Source: Squalus acanthias (lineage: Eukaryota). Taken from it: a stretch of 64,000 nt of DNA. The position numbers and the translations under genes were made by a program. Position 1 is the first letter of the stretch; the number at the start of each line of letters is the position of its first letter. A model generated the notes under the pieces. That model had not been told where the DNA came from and made no database searches. It saw nothing but the letters and a program-made list of their open reading frames with translations. Below are positions 50,766-63,729 of this stretch, one piece after another. Location: contig CM059432.1 of NCBI GenBank assembly GCA_030390025.1, forward strand, positions 34,040,001 to 34,104,000, given 5' to 3'.

Positions 50766-53700
50766 GGATCATAACAGGTGTAGGCCATTCAGCCCCTCGA
50801 GCCTGCTCCGTCATTCAATTAGATCATGGCTGATCTGTACCTCAACTCTATTTACCCATCTTTGGTAGTGATAACTTGGCTCAGTAGGTAGTGCTCTTGC
50901 CTCACAGTCAATTGGTAGATGGTTCGAGCTGCACTCTAGAACTACAGTCTATGCTGGTGCAGTACTGGTGGAGCGTTACATTGTTGGAAATGCTGTCTTT
51001 TGGGTAAAACATTAAAGTGAAGCCCTATCCATCTGCCTGCTGATTTATGTTGACATTACAGATGCCACGCTATCTGAAAAAGAACAGGGAGTTGCCCTGG
51101 CCAACCTCTCAACTGATGCCACTAGACAGAAATGGTCATTCATCTCATTGCAGTTTCTGGGATCTTGCCATGTGTTAAATGGTTGCTACTTTTGCCTACA
51201 CAACAGTGACTGCACCTCAAATGCATTTCATTGGTTGTGAAGTGCTCTGGGATATGGAAATTGCAAGCTCTTTCTTACTGCTTTCTTATCTATCGACTCT
51301 CTACAGTTCCTCAATATTAGCCAAAAGATTCAGCTGCAGAACCAGTTGGCTCCAGCCAACTCTTGTGAGCTTGGTACCAAGAAGCTGGCAGTAACATCAA
51401 CTTTCTGCAAGTGAAAAATGAACCCGATCTGAACAGAATTATAAGATCAAAACACAAGAGTTCTGTGGCCAGCACATCGAGAAATAATTTGCAGTTAGTT
51501 ATCCTAAAAACCAACTCCCTTGATGATTGTTAGTGGGACTTTGCTGTACCAAATAGATGCCAATTTTGCCTATATATTAACAGTGACTGCACTTCAAAAA
51601 AGTAGTCTGTGAAGTGCTTTGGAGATGTTTGTGAAAGGTGTAATGAGGCACTATATAAATGCCAGTCCTCCTTTTTTGAATATTATGGGCCACAGCTCAT
51701 CACATGGAAAACAGATCACTGTGATCCAGTTGAATGCCAATGTTGTATCTGGTTGGAAAGGGAGAGGGGGCAGTGTAGGCTAACCATTTTACACAGGAGA
51801 GGGGTCATCATGTTGACTAAAACATTCATATAATACTACCTTGTGGGCTGCAGAATGGAAGTGGACTAAAGTTGGAGCAGTCCCTAAAACTCAAACAATT
51901 GGTGTTGCCGACCTTTCTGTCCACGCCGAGGGCTGAACTTCCGCAGGGAATTTCGGTGGATGATCTGCTGAAATCCCAGAGAAGCGGCATAAACACCATT
52001 TCTCTAAGGTTTCCATTAAACTTTCAATTAAGTTATGTTGGTCGACTGGGAGAGTCCCCATAGAAATTAATGGCGCATGGTTAAGCTTATTACAGCAGAA
52101 ATACAAGTCTTGGGTTGGATGATTTGAAAAGCAGGATAAAGAAAACAGAAGGTGGTAAACCTCAAATCATTACCTGCCCCAAAAAGGCTCAGAGCCATGT
52201 CTCCATCTGAGACAAACAGACCAGGAAAGACCCAGACTGTATCCCCAGTCCGTGCTTCATTTGCTAGTTTCAGCTGGAGCATTGTCCTCTGTGTCTATTG
52301 GATGGGGTGGGGGGGGGAGGAGAATTGCCCAGAGTTTCTGCTGCTGATCACTATCCAATGACCACTGCTATGTGTGTGGACGCCAGGTGTGGGCATGATC
52401 GGTCTTGGCTGTGGCTTCCTTCATAGTTGAATAGTCAGCTGACATTGACTGTCAGGCACACTCATGAATAATGAGCCATGGGTGAGTTACCAGCATGCAA
52501 ACTGTACCTCAGTAATGGAAACAATGCCTTCGTGAGATTAGAAAAATTGGACTGAAGTCCCCACTGAAAGCAATGGAAACAGGCTGACAAGAGTAATGGA
52601 GGAACAGCTGGTCTACTCAGTACAGTACCTTGCCGAGAAGTGCTTTGCAGAGTCAGTGTGCAGCCTACAAACAATAGCCGCACCAACTTAAGCCTTTCAA
52701 TAAGCATTCAATAAGCCCGGTCTGCCCTCTCAGGTGGGCGTAAAAGAGCCCATGGCACTATTCCAAAGAAGAGCAGGGGAGTTCTCCCTTGTGTCCTGGC
52801 CAATATTTATCCCTCAACCAACGTCACTAAGAAACAGATTACCTGGTTATTATCTCACTGTTGTTTGTGGGATCTTGCTGTGCACAAATTGGCTGCTGTG
52901 TTTCATACATAACAACAGTAACTATACTTCAAAAGTACTTAATTGGCTATAAAGCTCTTTGGGATGTCCTGAGGTTCAACCTTTCTTCTCCTTCCAACAG
53001 GCCGTCCTCATTTATGACAATATTTTTAATAATGCATCCCAAAGGTCATGGAGAATCCTTGAATGAAACAATCAGGGCGAGATTGAAATCTCATTCATTG
53101 CTCATATGTAAATATCAACAATGCAACCAATGAGGTAGGCTACGCGAAGATTTTCCTCATTAAGGTGAGGGAGGTTAGTGCTAGGGAATGGATCACTTTT
53201 CATTTCGGATACCAAGTGTTGTCTCAGATCAGGTATTGCATGATTAGATGCAAATAACGCCCTCATCAGTTCTACCCCAACAGCATGCCCCATACCCAAC
53301 TTCAGAAAAGCTCCTCCAATACAACAATATAACATTTTTCAGCCCCATTTCCCAGCCATTCTGCAACTTCCCTGAGTGAGATTACCAGTTACAGTGCAGT
53401 GGCCATATGTCCAGTTCAACTAGCACCCGTACGGGCAGCAGAAGGAGACTTTTGTCCAATTAGTGTGGGCTGGATTGGAACCCAAGTTCCAAAAAGGAGA
53501 AGATGATTATCTAACCAATCTCATCACCCAGTTCCTCTAGTCCTAGACAGACTTAATGTTACACTTCCTGTTGCCTCCCTTGTTGCTTTTGGAAAAGACT
53601 GCGGTTAAAACAAAGGTTTCAATTACAACCTCTTTAATCAAATATCCTAACAAATATCTTGCTTGAGGATAACTGAGGGTTGCTGCATCACAGAGGGACG

Positions 53701-53924
53701 GGACGCTGGTCTGTGCCTCTGATTTCGAACATGATGAGCCCCTGATTTGAAACATGCTGCTGTGAGCAGTTGCCAAGTGGAATCCACAACAACAGCTTAG
53801 GTCCCTACGGCATGGCCTCACTTGCCGAAAGATGTCTCAAAGTCTACAGAGCGGAGGACTAAAAGTCGACACCAAGCAGGGAGAGAAAAGACGACCAAGA
53901 AATGATTGAAAGGGGCAGAGCCAG

Positions 53925-54160
53925 TCCAAGCACTTCTTCACACAAAAGGTAGTGGAAATTTGGAACACTGTTCCCCAAAAAGTTGTTGAGGCTAAGTCAA
54001 TTGAAAATGTCAAAACTGAGATTGATAGATTTTTGTTAGGCAAGGGTATTCAGGGATCTGGAACCAAGGCGGGTAGATGGAGCTAATATACAGATCAGCC
54101 ATGATCTCATTGAATGGCGGAACAGGCTCAAGAGGCTGAATGGCCTATTCCTGTTCCTAT
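53925..54160 (+). mobile_element. CR1-like LINE 3' end
   Basis: KHFFTQKVVEIWNTVPQKVVEA..; tail ggctgaatggcctattcctgttcctat. Confidence 0.85.
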
Positions 54161-54178
54161 AAGAAAAGGGTTTTTATA

Positions 54179-54416
54179 GAATATAAAATAAAAACAGAAA
54201 ATGCTGGAGATACTCAGCAGGTCAGGCATTATCTGTGAAGAGAGAAAGAGAGTTAACGTTTCAGGTTGATGATCTTTCATTCTGACGAAAGGTCATCGAC
54301 CTGAAACGTTAACTCTGTTTCTCTCTTCACAGATGCTGCCTGACCTGCTGAGTATCTCCAGCATTTTCTGTTTTTATTTCAGATTTCCAACATCTGCAGT
54401 ATTTTCTTTTTGTATT
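54179..54416 (+). mobile_element. Second Penelope-like family 3' fragment with 5' inversion
   Basis: ~95-bp near-perfect inverted arms (54186-54280 / 54285-54379); TSD agggtttttata (54167-54178, 54417-54428). Confidence 0.8.
54282..54310 (+). ncRNA. Minimal hammerhead ribozyme core
   Basis: CUGACGA-A-AGGUC(auc)GACCU-GAAA-CG-UU, with palindromic helix III (AACGUU). Confidence 0.7.
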
Positions 54417-54944
54417 AGGGTTTTTATATAGCTTTTCCAAAGGCAGGAGGGAGGTGCAAGACAGAAAGTTTTAGGAGAGAGTTGAAGAGGGCTTTTGCCT
54501 AGTGGCTACAAGAATGGTCATTAATGGGAAGATCAGGCACTGGCACCCATGAACTGAAAAAAATCTTCAGTGAAGCAATTCAGTTTTAATAGAGCTTTTA
54601 CACTTGCTGCATGGAAGCTGGGATAGCCCTTCCTCCTCATACTGGGTGAAACTCACCTTGGGCACTAGTACAGAACTGGCGATAGCACATGGGCAGCTCA
54701 CTGAAGTCATGAAAAAGAAAATTGGGCAGGGTGCAAAATGCGCTGCCGATGTGTCATCACCCGTTTCGCAGATTTTCTTGTTTCCTTTTTATCCTTTCCT
54801 TTCTCGGAGTGATTACCACAGCAGGCCTTTGTCCTCTCAATCACCCATTCACTGCAGTCACACTATAGCTTTTAATCTCAGACAGGTGTGGAGTGTGATG
54901 CACAGTCGTCAAACCAAAATCATATTGCCCACTGCGAATCATCA

Positions 54945-55345
54945 TCGGTAGCACTCTGATCTCGGAGCCAGAAGCTTGTACTTTGAGAGACTTGGTCACA
55001 TAATCCAGGCTGGCTCTTCAGTGCAGTACTGAGGGAGCGCTGCACTATCAGTGGGGTCATCCTTTGGATGAGTTGTTAAACTGCCTGTTCAGGTGGATGT
55101 TAAAGATCCCATGACACTATTTGAAGAAGAGCAAGGGAGTTCTCCCTGGTGTCCTGGCCAACATTCCTCCATCAACCAACAGCACTAAAAACAGATTAAC
55201 TAACTGGTCATCTCATTACAGTTTGAAGGATCTTACTGTGCACAAAATGGCTGCCAGGTTTTTCTATGTAACGACAGTCAGTGCCCTTCAAAGGCAATTC
55301 TTCCCGTTGAGATGCTTCTCTAAGGGGCGTGACAAGGTGCAATAA
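54945..55345 (+). mobile_element. Deu-domain SINE
   Basis: Similar to 25986-26446. Confidence 0.8.
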
Positions 55346-56224
55346 TCAACATATCCACCTGGAATTTCTGTGAGAGTTCCGATTATCCCTCGTAACTTCA
55401 GTGAAAGATTGGCAGAAACCCCAGAGGGAAAAGTTACGATGGACGATCGTGAGAATCCCACCCCCTCCCATCCACCATCATGAAAATTCTAGTCACTCTC
55501 TTTTCTTCTCAAGGTTATACACAGAATTGCACCCATGGGCGGCTAACGTCAGGAACTCAGACAGGAGCTGGGACAGATTGCGTGTGGCTTTGCACTGGGC
55601 CCGAAGTTATACCGCAGCGGATGCAAATTTGAATCACCGCGAGACGGCCTCTCGGGCAGAGACTCGATCAATCACACACACCTGGAAGTCAAATGGGAAT
55701 CAGCCCCCGTATTAATGCTGCCACTTTTGGGTCAGTTTACACCCAAAACTACTTTGCATCAACACAAAAGCATCAGCACAAGTGTACCCCAAATCTCTCG
55801 TAGGTATGGCAGCCGTAACAATGGCGTAAATCTCACGTACTCAGTTGATAGAAACAGCCCACTTTTTGGGACACTTGATCCTCCTATAAAAATGAATAAC
55901 TGAATATCTCTGGTAAAACCTGCATTTCCAAATTGTGGTATTCTCTCTTTTTTTTTAAATATGTATTTAATTTAATGCTGTGTGACCTTTTGAGTTTTAT
56001 TTATTGTTTCAAGAATACTCCTTAAAACATTAAATGATGAGCTCTGGGGAAAATGATACATCATAAACACATCAAATCAGTTTAGTTTTGTCTACTCTGC
56101 CCCAACAAGGCACCTTGACCCCACCAACCACGGGAGCCCTGTGTGCCAAACCTATACACGAGCATGTATCTCCACTTCCTGCACCAGCTATTCTTACAGC
56201 CTTTCTTACAGAGTTAGATTGCTA

Positions 56225-56570
56225 TAGATACAGAGAAAGAGAGAGAAAAAAGGAGAGAGAGAGAGAGAAAGTGGAGTGAGAAAAAGTGGAGAGCGAGAGA
56301 GAGAGAGCCAAGAGGGAAAGAAACACAGCATGAGACACACAGAGCAAGGGAGATAGATAGTTCAAGAGACACAGGGAGATGGAAAGACAGAGATAGAAGG
56401 AGAGAATGAGAAGAGAAAGAAAAGAGAACCATAGCAATAGACACACAGGGCAAGGAAGATAAAGTTCCAAAAACACAGGGAGATGGAGAGACACGCAGAG
56501 ATAAATACAAAGCAAGAGGGAGAGAGAGAGAAAAGAGAGAGAGGGACAGAAGCAGAGAGAAAGAGATCCC
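56225..56570. repeat. GA-rich low-complexity tract
   Basis: Degenerate (GA)n. Confidence 0.85.
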
Positions 56571-57562
56571 TTCATCCCATCTGTATCATATTAATTTGAA
56601 CCCAGGTCAAGGAGAGGATTGAACACTGTTTTAACCCGCATTGATTTTCCATCCCATCAGTCTGGGCTGGATTTGGACACAGATCAAGGAGGTGAAAGGG
56701 CAGCATTCTAACCTATACTGCCTTCCAGTCTCCATCAGAGAGGAGTCCCAGAGATACTCTAAACTAGCCCATTTCCCTTCAGAATGAGCCTTGATGACAT
56801 CATTACCTTATGACATTATTGGCTTAGTCGCAGGCAATAGACCATTTTTGACAGCTCTCCTCATTGCAGGTTGGCACCGGCCCATCTCATTTTATTTTTA
56901 TAAGGAAGCATTATAGCTACAGCTGCTTTGCTGAAGCATTTTTCCAGTCCCTGGTTTCACTTAACTGTTGGTGCTCTCTCGATGGAGAAATTATCCCACG
57001 CATGGCATGATCTAGAGTACTCCATGGCATCATACACCCAATAAAGGCACATTCAGGCACTTGACCCGGTCAAGGCACAGAACCCATCCAGCCAGGGCCA
57101 AGAAATTAAAAGAGGCTATATTGTTGCTGTAGAAGGCGTTAGGCAGACTTCATTTGGAGCACTCCAGCAGTCGCGGTTACCTGATCATGGGCAGGAATAC
57201 TATTGACCTTGAAGGGAGCAACCAGATGATTCCAGGTATCAGTTGTGAGGGAATGTTGAGGAAATTGGCTTTGCTTGACTTTGAGGTGACCTAATTGATT
57301 TTTTTTTATTATTAAGGAAACTGACAAAATTGGCCCAAGTAAATTGTGTGAAGTTTTCAAATCTCATAGGGCACGAGTTAAAAATGAGGAAGTGAGGAGT
57401 AAGAAGTAATATCAGGGTGAGCTAAAGGAAAATTGAGTTGTGGAATATGTTACATTGAAGGCCACTGAAGCAGCGACAGTACAAATGGGTTCAAGAGACA
57501 GTTAGTTGTGGGTCTGGAGAGGGAAGGGACTGCAGGGTACACTGTGAAGACGGGTAGGTGGA

Positions 57563-57806
57563 GTTGAGGGATATAGTGAGAAGGTGGGGAGATGGGGTTG
57601 AGGGATATAGTGAGAAGGTGGGGAGATGGGGTTGAGGGATATAGTGAGAAGGTGGGGAGATGGGGTTGAGGGATATGGTGAGAAGGTGGGGAGATGGGGT
57701 TGAGGGATATGGTGAGAAGGTGGGGAGATGGGGTTGAGGGATATGGTGAGAAGGTGGGGAGATGGGGTTGAGGGATATGGTGAGAAGGTGGGGAGATGGG
57801 GTTGAG
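57563..57806. repeat. 34-bp minisatellite (~7 copies, gggatatggtgagaaggtggggagatggggttga)
   Basis: Near-identical tandem units, giving 34-aa periodicity in ORF 57491-57955. Confidence 0.95.
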
Positions 57807-58059
57807 TCAGAGTGGGAAACTTGGGATGGAGTCAGCGAGAGGCACACACAGAGACAGCAAAGATAGACAAAGACTGACACAGAGACACACACTGAGACAT
57901 AGCAACAGAGGGGGACAGGCAGAGAAAGGGAGAAAATAGAAACATATTGAGACACGAGGAGAAAGAGACAGACCGAGGGGTTGATTGTGTGATGGTGGGT
58001 GCCTGATGCACAAAGGGCACTGAGAGCCTGGGTACAAATCCTGCTCCAGGCTCATTAAT

Positions 58060-58327
58060 CAGAGAATCAGAGAATGGTTACAGCACAGAAGAGGCCATTT
58101 GGCCCCACAAGCCCGTGCCAGCTCTCTGCAAAAGCATTTCAGCTAGTCCCACTCCTCCGCCCTTTCCCCATAGCCCTGCGTTTGTTTTCCTTCAGGGACT
58201 TATCGAATTCTCTTTAGAAAGCCGTAATTGAATCTGCCTCCACCACCCTCTCAGGCAGTGCAGTCCAGATCCTAACCACTCGCTGCATAAAGAAGTTTTT
58301 CCTCATGTCGCCTTTGGTTCTTCTGCC
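58060..58327 (-). mobile_element. CR1-like LINE 3' end
   Basis: Reverse complement of the CR1 tail; similar to 22060-22310. Confidence 0.85.
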
Positions 58328-58339
58328 CTAAAAGCAGAA

Positions 58340-59638
58340 AGACACGGATTAATCAGGGACAGTCAGCATGGATTTGTTAAGGGAAGGTCGTGTCTGACTA
58401 GCTTGATTGAATTTTTTGAGGAGGTAACAAGGAGGGTCGATGAGGGTAGTGCATTTGATGTAGTCTATATGGATTTTAACAAGACTTTTGATAAGGTCCC
58501 GCATGGCAGACTGGTCACGAATGTAAAAGCCCATGGGATCCAAGGCAAAGTGTCAAGTTGGATCCAAAACTAGCTCAGAGGCAGGAAACAAAGGGTAATG
58601 GTCGATGGGTGTTTTTGTGACTGGAAGGCCGTTTCCAGTGGGGTTCTGCAGGGCTCAGTACTGGGTTCTTTGCTTTATGTGGTATATATCAATGATTTGG
58701 ACTTGAATGTAGGAAGTATGATTAAGAAGTTTGCAGATGACACAAAAATTGGCCGTGTGGTTGATAATGAAGAAGAAAGCTGCAAACTGCAGGAAGATAT
58801 CAATGGATTGGTCAGAACAGTGGCAAATGGAATTCAATCTGGAGAAGTGTGAGGTAATGCATTTGGGGCGGGCTAACAAGGCAAGGGAATACATTATAAA
58901 TGGTAGGACACTGAAAAGTGCAGAAGATAGAGGGACTTTGGAGTACATGTCCACAGATCCCTGAAGGTAGCAGGACAGGTAGATAAGGTGGTTAAGAAGG
59001 CATACGGGATACATGCCTTTATTAGCCGAGGCATAGAATATAAGAGCAGGGAGGTTATGCTTGAACTGTATAAAACACTAGTTAGGCCACAGCTAGAATA
59101 CTGCATGCAGTTCTGGTCACATTACAGGAAGGATGTGATTGCACTAGAGGGGGTGCAGAGGAGATTTACGAGGATGTTGCCTGGACTGGGGAATTTTAGC
59201 TATGAGGAAAGATTGGATAGGCTGGAGTTGTTTTCTTTGGAACAGAGGAGGCTGAGGGGAGAACTAATTGATGTGTATAAAGTTATGAGGGGCCTAGATA
59301 GAGTGGATAGGAAGGTCCTATTTCTCTTAGTAGAAGGGTCAATAACCAGGGGGCATAGATTTAAAGTAATTGGTCGGAGGTTTAGAGGGGATTTGAGGAG
59401 AAATGTTTTCACCCAGAGGGTGATGGGGGTCTGGAACTCACTGCCTGAAAGGGTGGTAGTGGCAGAGACCCTCATCACATTTAAAAAGTACCTGGATATG
59501 CTCTTGAAGTGCCGTAACCTACAAGGCTACGGACCAAGTGCTGGACAGTCGGATTAGGGTGGATAGCTCTTTGTTGGCCGGCACGGGCAAGATGGGCCGA
59601 ATGGCCTCCTTCTGTGCTGTAAATTTCTATGATTCTGT
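58340..59638 (+). mobile_element. CR1-like LINE ORF2 fragment (reverse transcriptase, disrupted)
   Basis: SQHGFVKGRSCLT, DF.KTFDKVPH, SGVLQGSVLG, KFADDTK, LYKTLVRPQLEYC and WNSLP motifs with stops and frameshifts; 3' tail ttctatgattct. Confidence 0.95.
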
Positions 59639-60503
59639 GAAAAGCGTTTAAATTGGAGGGGGCCGGCTTGTAATAATACAAGTGGGGCGCCTGAGCAATA
59701 ATCCAGTCACCCTGCCCTTTTTCTTAAAGGAGCTGGAGGGGAGATCCTGTTATAAATAATTATACTTCTCTCTGCTGGACCCTTCCTCCAGTCCCTCCCA
59801 TGCTTCCACTGGAAAACAATGCCGTAACTGGCTGCTTGTGCCCAAAATGGTGACCCCCGTAACCCTAGCCCTCACAGACACACACACACACAAAGTCAGA
59901 CAGAGAGAGAAAGGCACACACACACAGAAAGAGACATTGGCCGGCAATTCTCTCCAGGCTGCTGCTTTGTTGCAGCTGTAACTTTACTGGTAGTGAGAGG
60001 TTAAGCCGGGGTTTCTGCCGCACTTCCAGTGACATTATGTTAGCGGAGTGGGAGCAGATCTGAGGAAATTCCCAACCACTGAGACACAAAAGGAATGACA
60101 GACAAACCTACAGACAGAGACACATTGAGACAGACAGAGACACATTGAGACAGAGAGACTCTGATGTAGAAAGAATAGCAAACATATATAGAGCCAGAAT
60201 GAGACAAACATACTGAGAGTAACACACAGACACAGATAAAAAGACACATCGAGGGAGGGAGACAGATGGACATTGGGACAGAGAGACAGAAGAAGCTCCA
60301 CTCCCTCCTGTCTGGGAGGAATAAAACATTCTGCAGTCACCTGGACTGCATTCCCAATTACAATAATTGTGTCTTACAAAAACACACTTTACACAACAAT
60401 TATTGAGAAAACTGGAGCAGTTTGTACACAGTCAGGGAATGTGACAAGTAACTGGCACCATCCTGGCCAAGCGTCAAGTTTACTTTGAAAGGCACGAGCA
60501 GTA

Positions 60504-60536
60504 CAGCACCCTCTTGTGATCAGCCTGAGCACTGCA
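60504..60536 (-). promoter_or_regulatory. CTCF-like site with upstream module
   Basis: TGCAGTGCT-caggctga-TCACAAGAGGGTGCTG on the minus strand. Confidence 0.5.
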
Positions 60537-60829
60537 TCACACAGTTTAAAAAGCAACGCTGCAAACTACACACAAATAAAAAAAAATGGGCTCGGCCATC
60601 TGGCCAATATACACCTTCCCAAACATAATATCACAGGTGCTTTGTACATGAACAGGAGCTGACACTGAGACACACAGAGGGTCCAAACACAACAATCACT
60701 AGTGAAGGGAAGAATAAAAACAAAATACATTCTAAAATGTCTTTATTTCCAGATAAAGGCAGCTTCGCAAACTTCCTCAGGCTGATTCCTCCAGGATCAT
60801 TATTTTGGATCCTAAACTTCCTTTAATTA

Positions 60830-61165
60830 ATTCTAAAAGCCTGTGTTTATTGCCCATCCCTACTTGTCCGGAGAGGTGGTGGTGGGCCTTCTTCTTGAAC
60901 CACATTGTTGTGGGTCTGGAGTTACATATAGGCCAGACTGGATAATGATGGCAGGTTTCTTTCCCTAAAAGGACTTTAGTGAACCAGTTGTTTTTCTTTT
61001 TATGACAATCCAACATCTTCATGGTCACTTTTACTGATACCAGCTTTATTTTTATTTTTTTACACACTGAATTCAAATTCTTAATTTGGTTGGAATTGAA
61101 GTTGTGTTCTCTGTATCATTAGTCCAGTGCTCTAGATTACTAGTCCAGTAACATAACCACTACAC
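60830..61165 (-). mobile_element. HE1-like tRNA-SINE
   Basis: Similar to 27230-27615. Confidence 0.75.
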
Positions 61166-61394
61166 TAGACTGTCCCCCGCATAAAAAAGATACATTGCTG
61201 CGGCTTTAGGCTGAACTGGCGGGGAGAACTCTCCACAGCTATGAGCAAACACACCTCGAAAAGGGTTTGTACATATCTCACCAAACAAAGTGGGAGTGCA
61301 CAAGTACTAACACATCTTGAATATACAACAGTAATGGGGCAAGGGGCAGTGTGAAGAGTAAAGGCTGGCACCTCTGCTGGGGCGAGCCTGAAAC

Positions 61395-61842
61395 AGAAAG
61401 AACTTGCATTTATTTAGTGCCTTTCATGACCACAGGACGTCCCAAAGCACTTTATAACCAATGAAGTACTTTTGAAGTGTAGTCACTGATGTAATGTAGG
61501 AAACATGGCAGCCAATTTGCACACAGCAAGCTCCCACAAACAGCAGTGAGATGATGACCTGATAATCTGTTTTAGTGGTGTTGGTTGAGGGATAAATATT
61601 GGCCTGGGCACCGGGGATAACTCCCCTGCTTTTCTTCGAATACATGGGATGCTTTACGTCCACCTGAGAGAACAGGTTTAATATTTCATTCGAAAGATGG
61701 CATCTCCGACAGTGCAGCACTCCCTCAGTACTGCACTGACGTGTCAGCCTGGATTATTTGCTCAAGTCGCTGGAGTGGTGCTTGAAACCACATCCTTCTG
61801 ACGCAGAGACGAGAGTGCTACCACTGAGCCAATTGCTGACAT
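61395..61842 (-). mobile_element. Deu-domain SINE (SacSINE1-like), near full length
   Basis: Reverse complement of the 25986-26446 family. Confidence 0.85.
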
Positions 61843-63729
61843 TTTGAAAGACTCAATGTTGCTAGTTTATCAAAAAGCTGAAAATGTCCTTACTACTCTT
61901 AGAACAGCAAGGATAGGGCTTTGTGCCAATTGTTCCACCCACTCAAACTATGCCGGCGTGAGGAAGCAATGGACGGGCAACAAATGCTCCCACTACAGGC
62001 AAGAACAGGAAAAGGCCTTTAGATCCAACAAGCCTATCCCTCTGAACTCAAGACCACCTAGCCGCCTTCTCATCTGAGCGCTCAGTCCCTTCTCTCTCCA
62101 GAAGTAGATTTAAATGGAGGCAACAGAGTCCTCCTGATGGCCTCACGGGTAAATGCACAGCCTGGGCTGATGTTGAGCCACACAGAAGGTCTTGCCTGGG
62201 TTGACAATTGGGTGCAGTTCATTAGTGCCAGCTTCCCTTGGACTACAACAAGGAAAAGAAGTCGGGATTTTCACTTCTAATCACTAACTAGTGAGCCCTG
62301 CTGGAGAGGAGTATGTTTGTGGACAGGATTGGGCTCAGCTCTAATCTCCACGCCCCCACATTTGAATGCCCTGCCAACACTAACTAGGCCACAGGATGAA
62401 GCTCGGCCACTTGGCTGAGGTATCAAAGGGAATGTGAATTGCATGCCTGCCACAGCCATCGCAAGAGGAGGTGAGAAAGTGGAGCAAACTGGCGAAAAAA
62501 TAAATTCGATTTACTATTTATATTAAGCACCCTTTAGTTCAAGATCACCATTCTTTGACACAGTCACACCTGTAACTACACACCTCTAGGTGGAGTGTCA
62601 TATCCCCATACCTACAGCATCACTAATGCAATCTGCGGGAGATTCTCTCTACCCCGACTTAGTGAGCAATGCCATAGGAGATGTACTAGTAAAGAGAAAA
62701 CACAGCCACTCCCCTGCTCCTTCTGGCAGCTGGGTACCTCGTGGTATTGGCCGAGGCCTACCAGCGGGTTTTCTGCCCACACTTGCTGCCAGCAAAGGTG
62801 CACGGTGTAAGGAGATGATGGCATGGTAAGGGACATCTTTCAAACTGCCTTATCCATACAGACCAGAGATGGCCCCTGGCAGGTGTTGACTGAGCTAGTC
62901 TCAGTATGGGCAGAGGTGGGGCCTAGCAGTGGGCTCCAGCCGTTCCCACTCCTGATCTCTATCTAGTGACCCCCCCCACCCCCAGGTGGCGCAAGTGTGT
63001 GGGCGTCTGGTGAGGACCGGATCGGAATTGACTGTGATGCCTTTGCTCCCCAGGGTTTGGGATACCCGACTCCCATGGAACTGAATCAGTACGTTCAAGG
63101 AAGGAAAGGAGAAATAAGTTTTTGCTTGTGTAGGTGACAGCTGACATTATATAAACTCTCTTGCTCCCCCTACTGGTTTTGGGTCAATAGGTCAAAAAGC
63201 AACAATGGTTGTGTCACTAAATGTCTTCCTCCAGCTTCACCTTGTGTAGTTTACTATTTTTAATAAGTATGTACTAGTCTGTCTAAGGCTGTGCTTCTTA
63301 TGGTTTTCCTGCGCATTTTTGTCACGCCCTTTGCTCAGTATTCAATGTTAAAACATTTCTTATGAACAGTTTTTTAAAAATACAGACTGCCCAGTGGCTC
63401 ATTCGGTGAATGATCTACATTTTGTGGTACGGAGCTATACAGACCAGGAAGGTTAGATTGCTGTGCTACCTGATCTCAGACAGGCACACCGGTTGGAATG
63501 CTACAATTTTCCTCAGTGTCACTGAGCTGCAGAAGTACATAGTTAGCCTGGGACCTCGTAGGCAAGGTATCACGGGGCTGACAGTGCCCGTTCAACCCGC
63601 ACCCCAGCAACAGTCATCACCTTCACAATACTAGAAAATAAATCAAATGAGAAAAAAGCATCATGGAAAAAGAGTGAAGAGAAACCTGATTCTATTTTTA
63701 GTGTCAAGCAGTTTACCAACCCCAATATG

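Noticed and set aside
52067..52282. Minus-strand ATG ORF with a GTAATG donor as candidate Wnt9a exon 1
   Set aside because: No signal peptide or YFG ending, the donor is phase 1 while exon 2 needs phase 2, and it overlaps SINE-like sequence.
57491..57955. 154-aa Pro/Ser/His repeat ORF
   Set aside because: Translation of the 34-bp minisatellite.
58340..59557. Functional reverse transcriptase gene
   Set aside because: 5'-truncated CR1 copy with in-frame stops and frameshifts.
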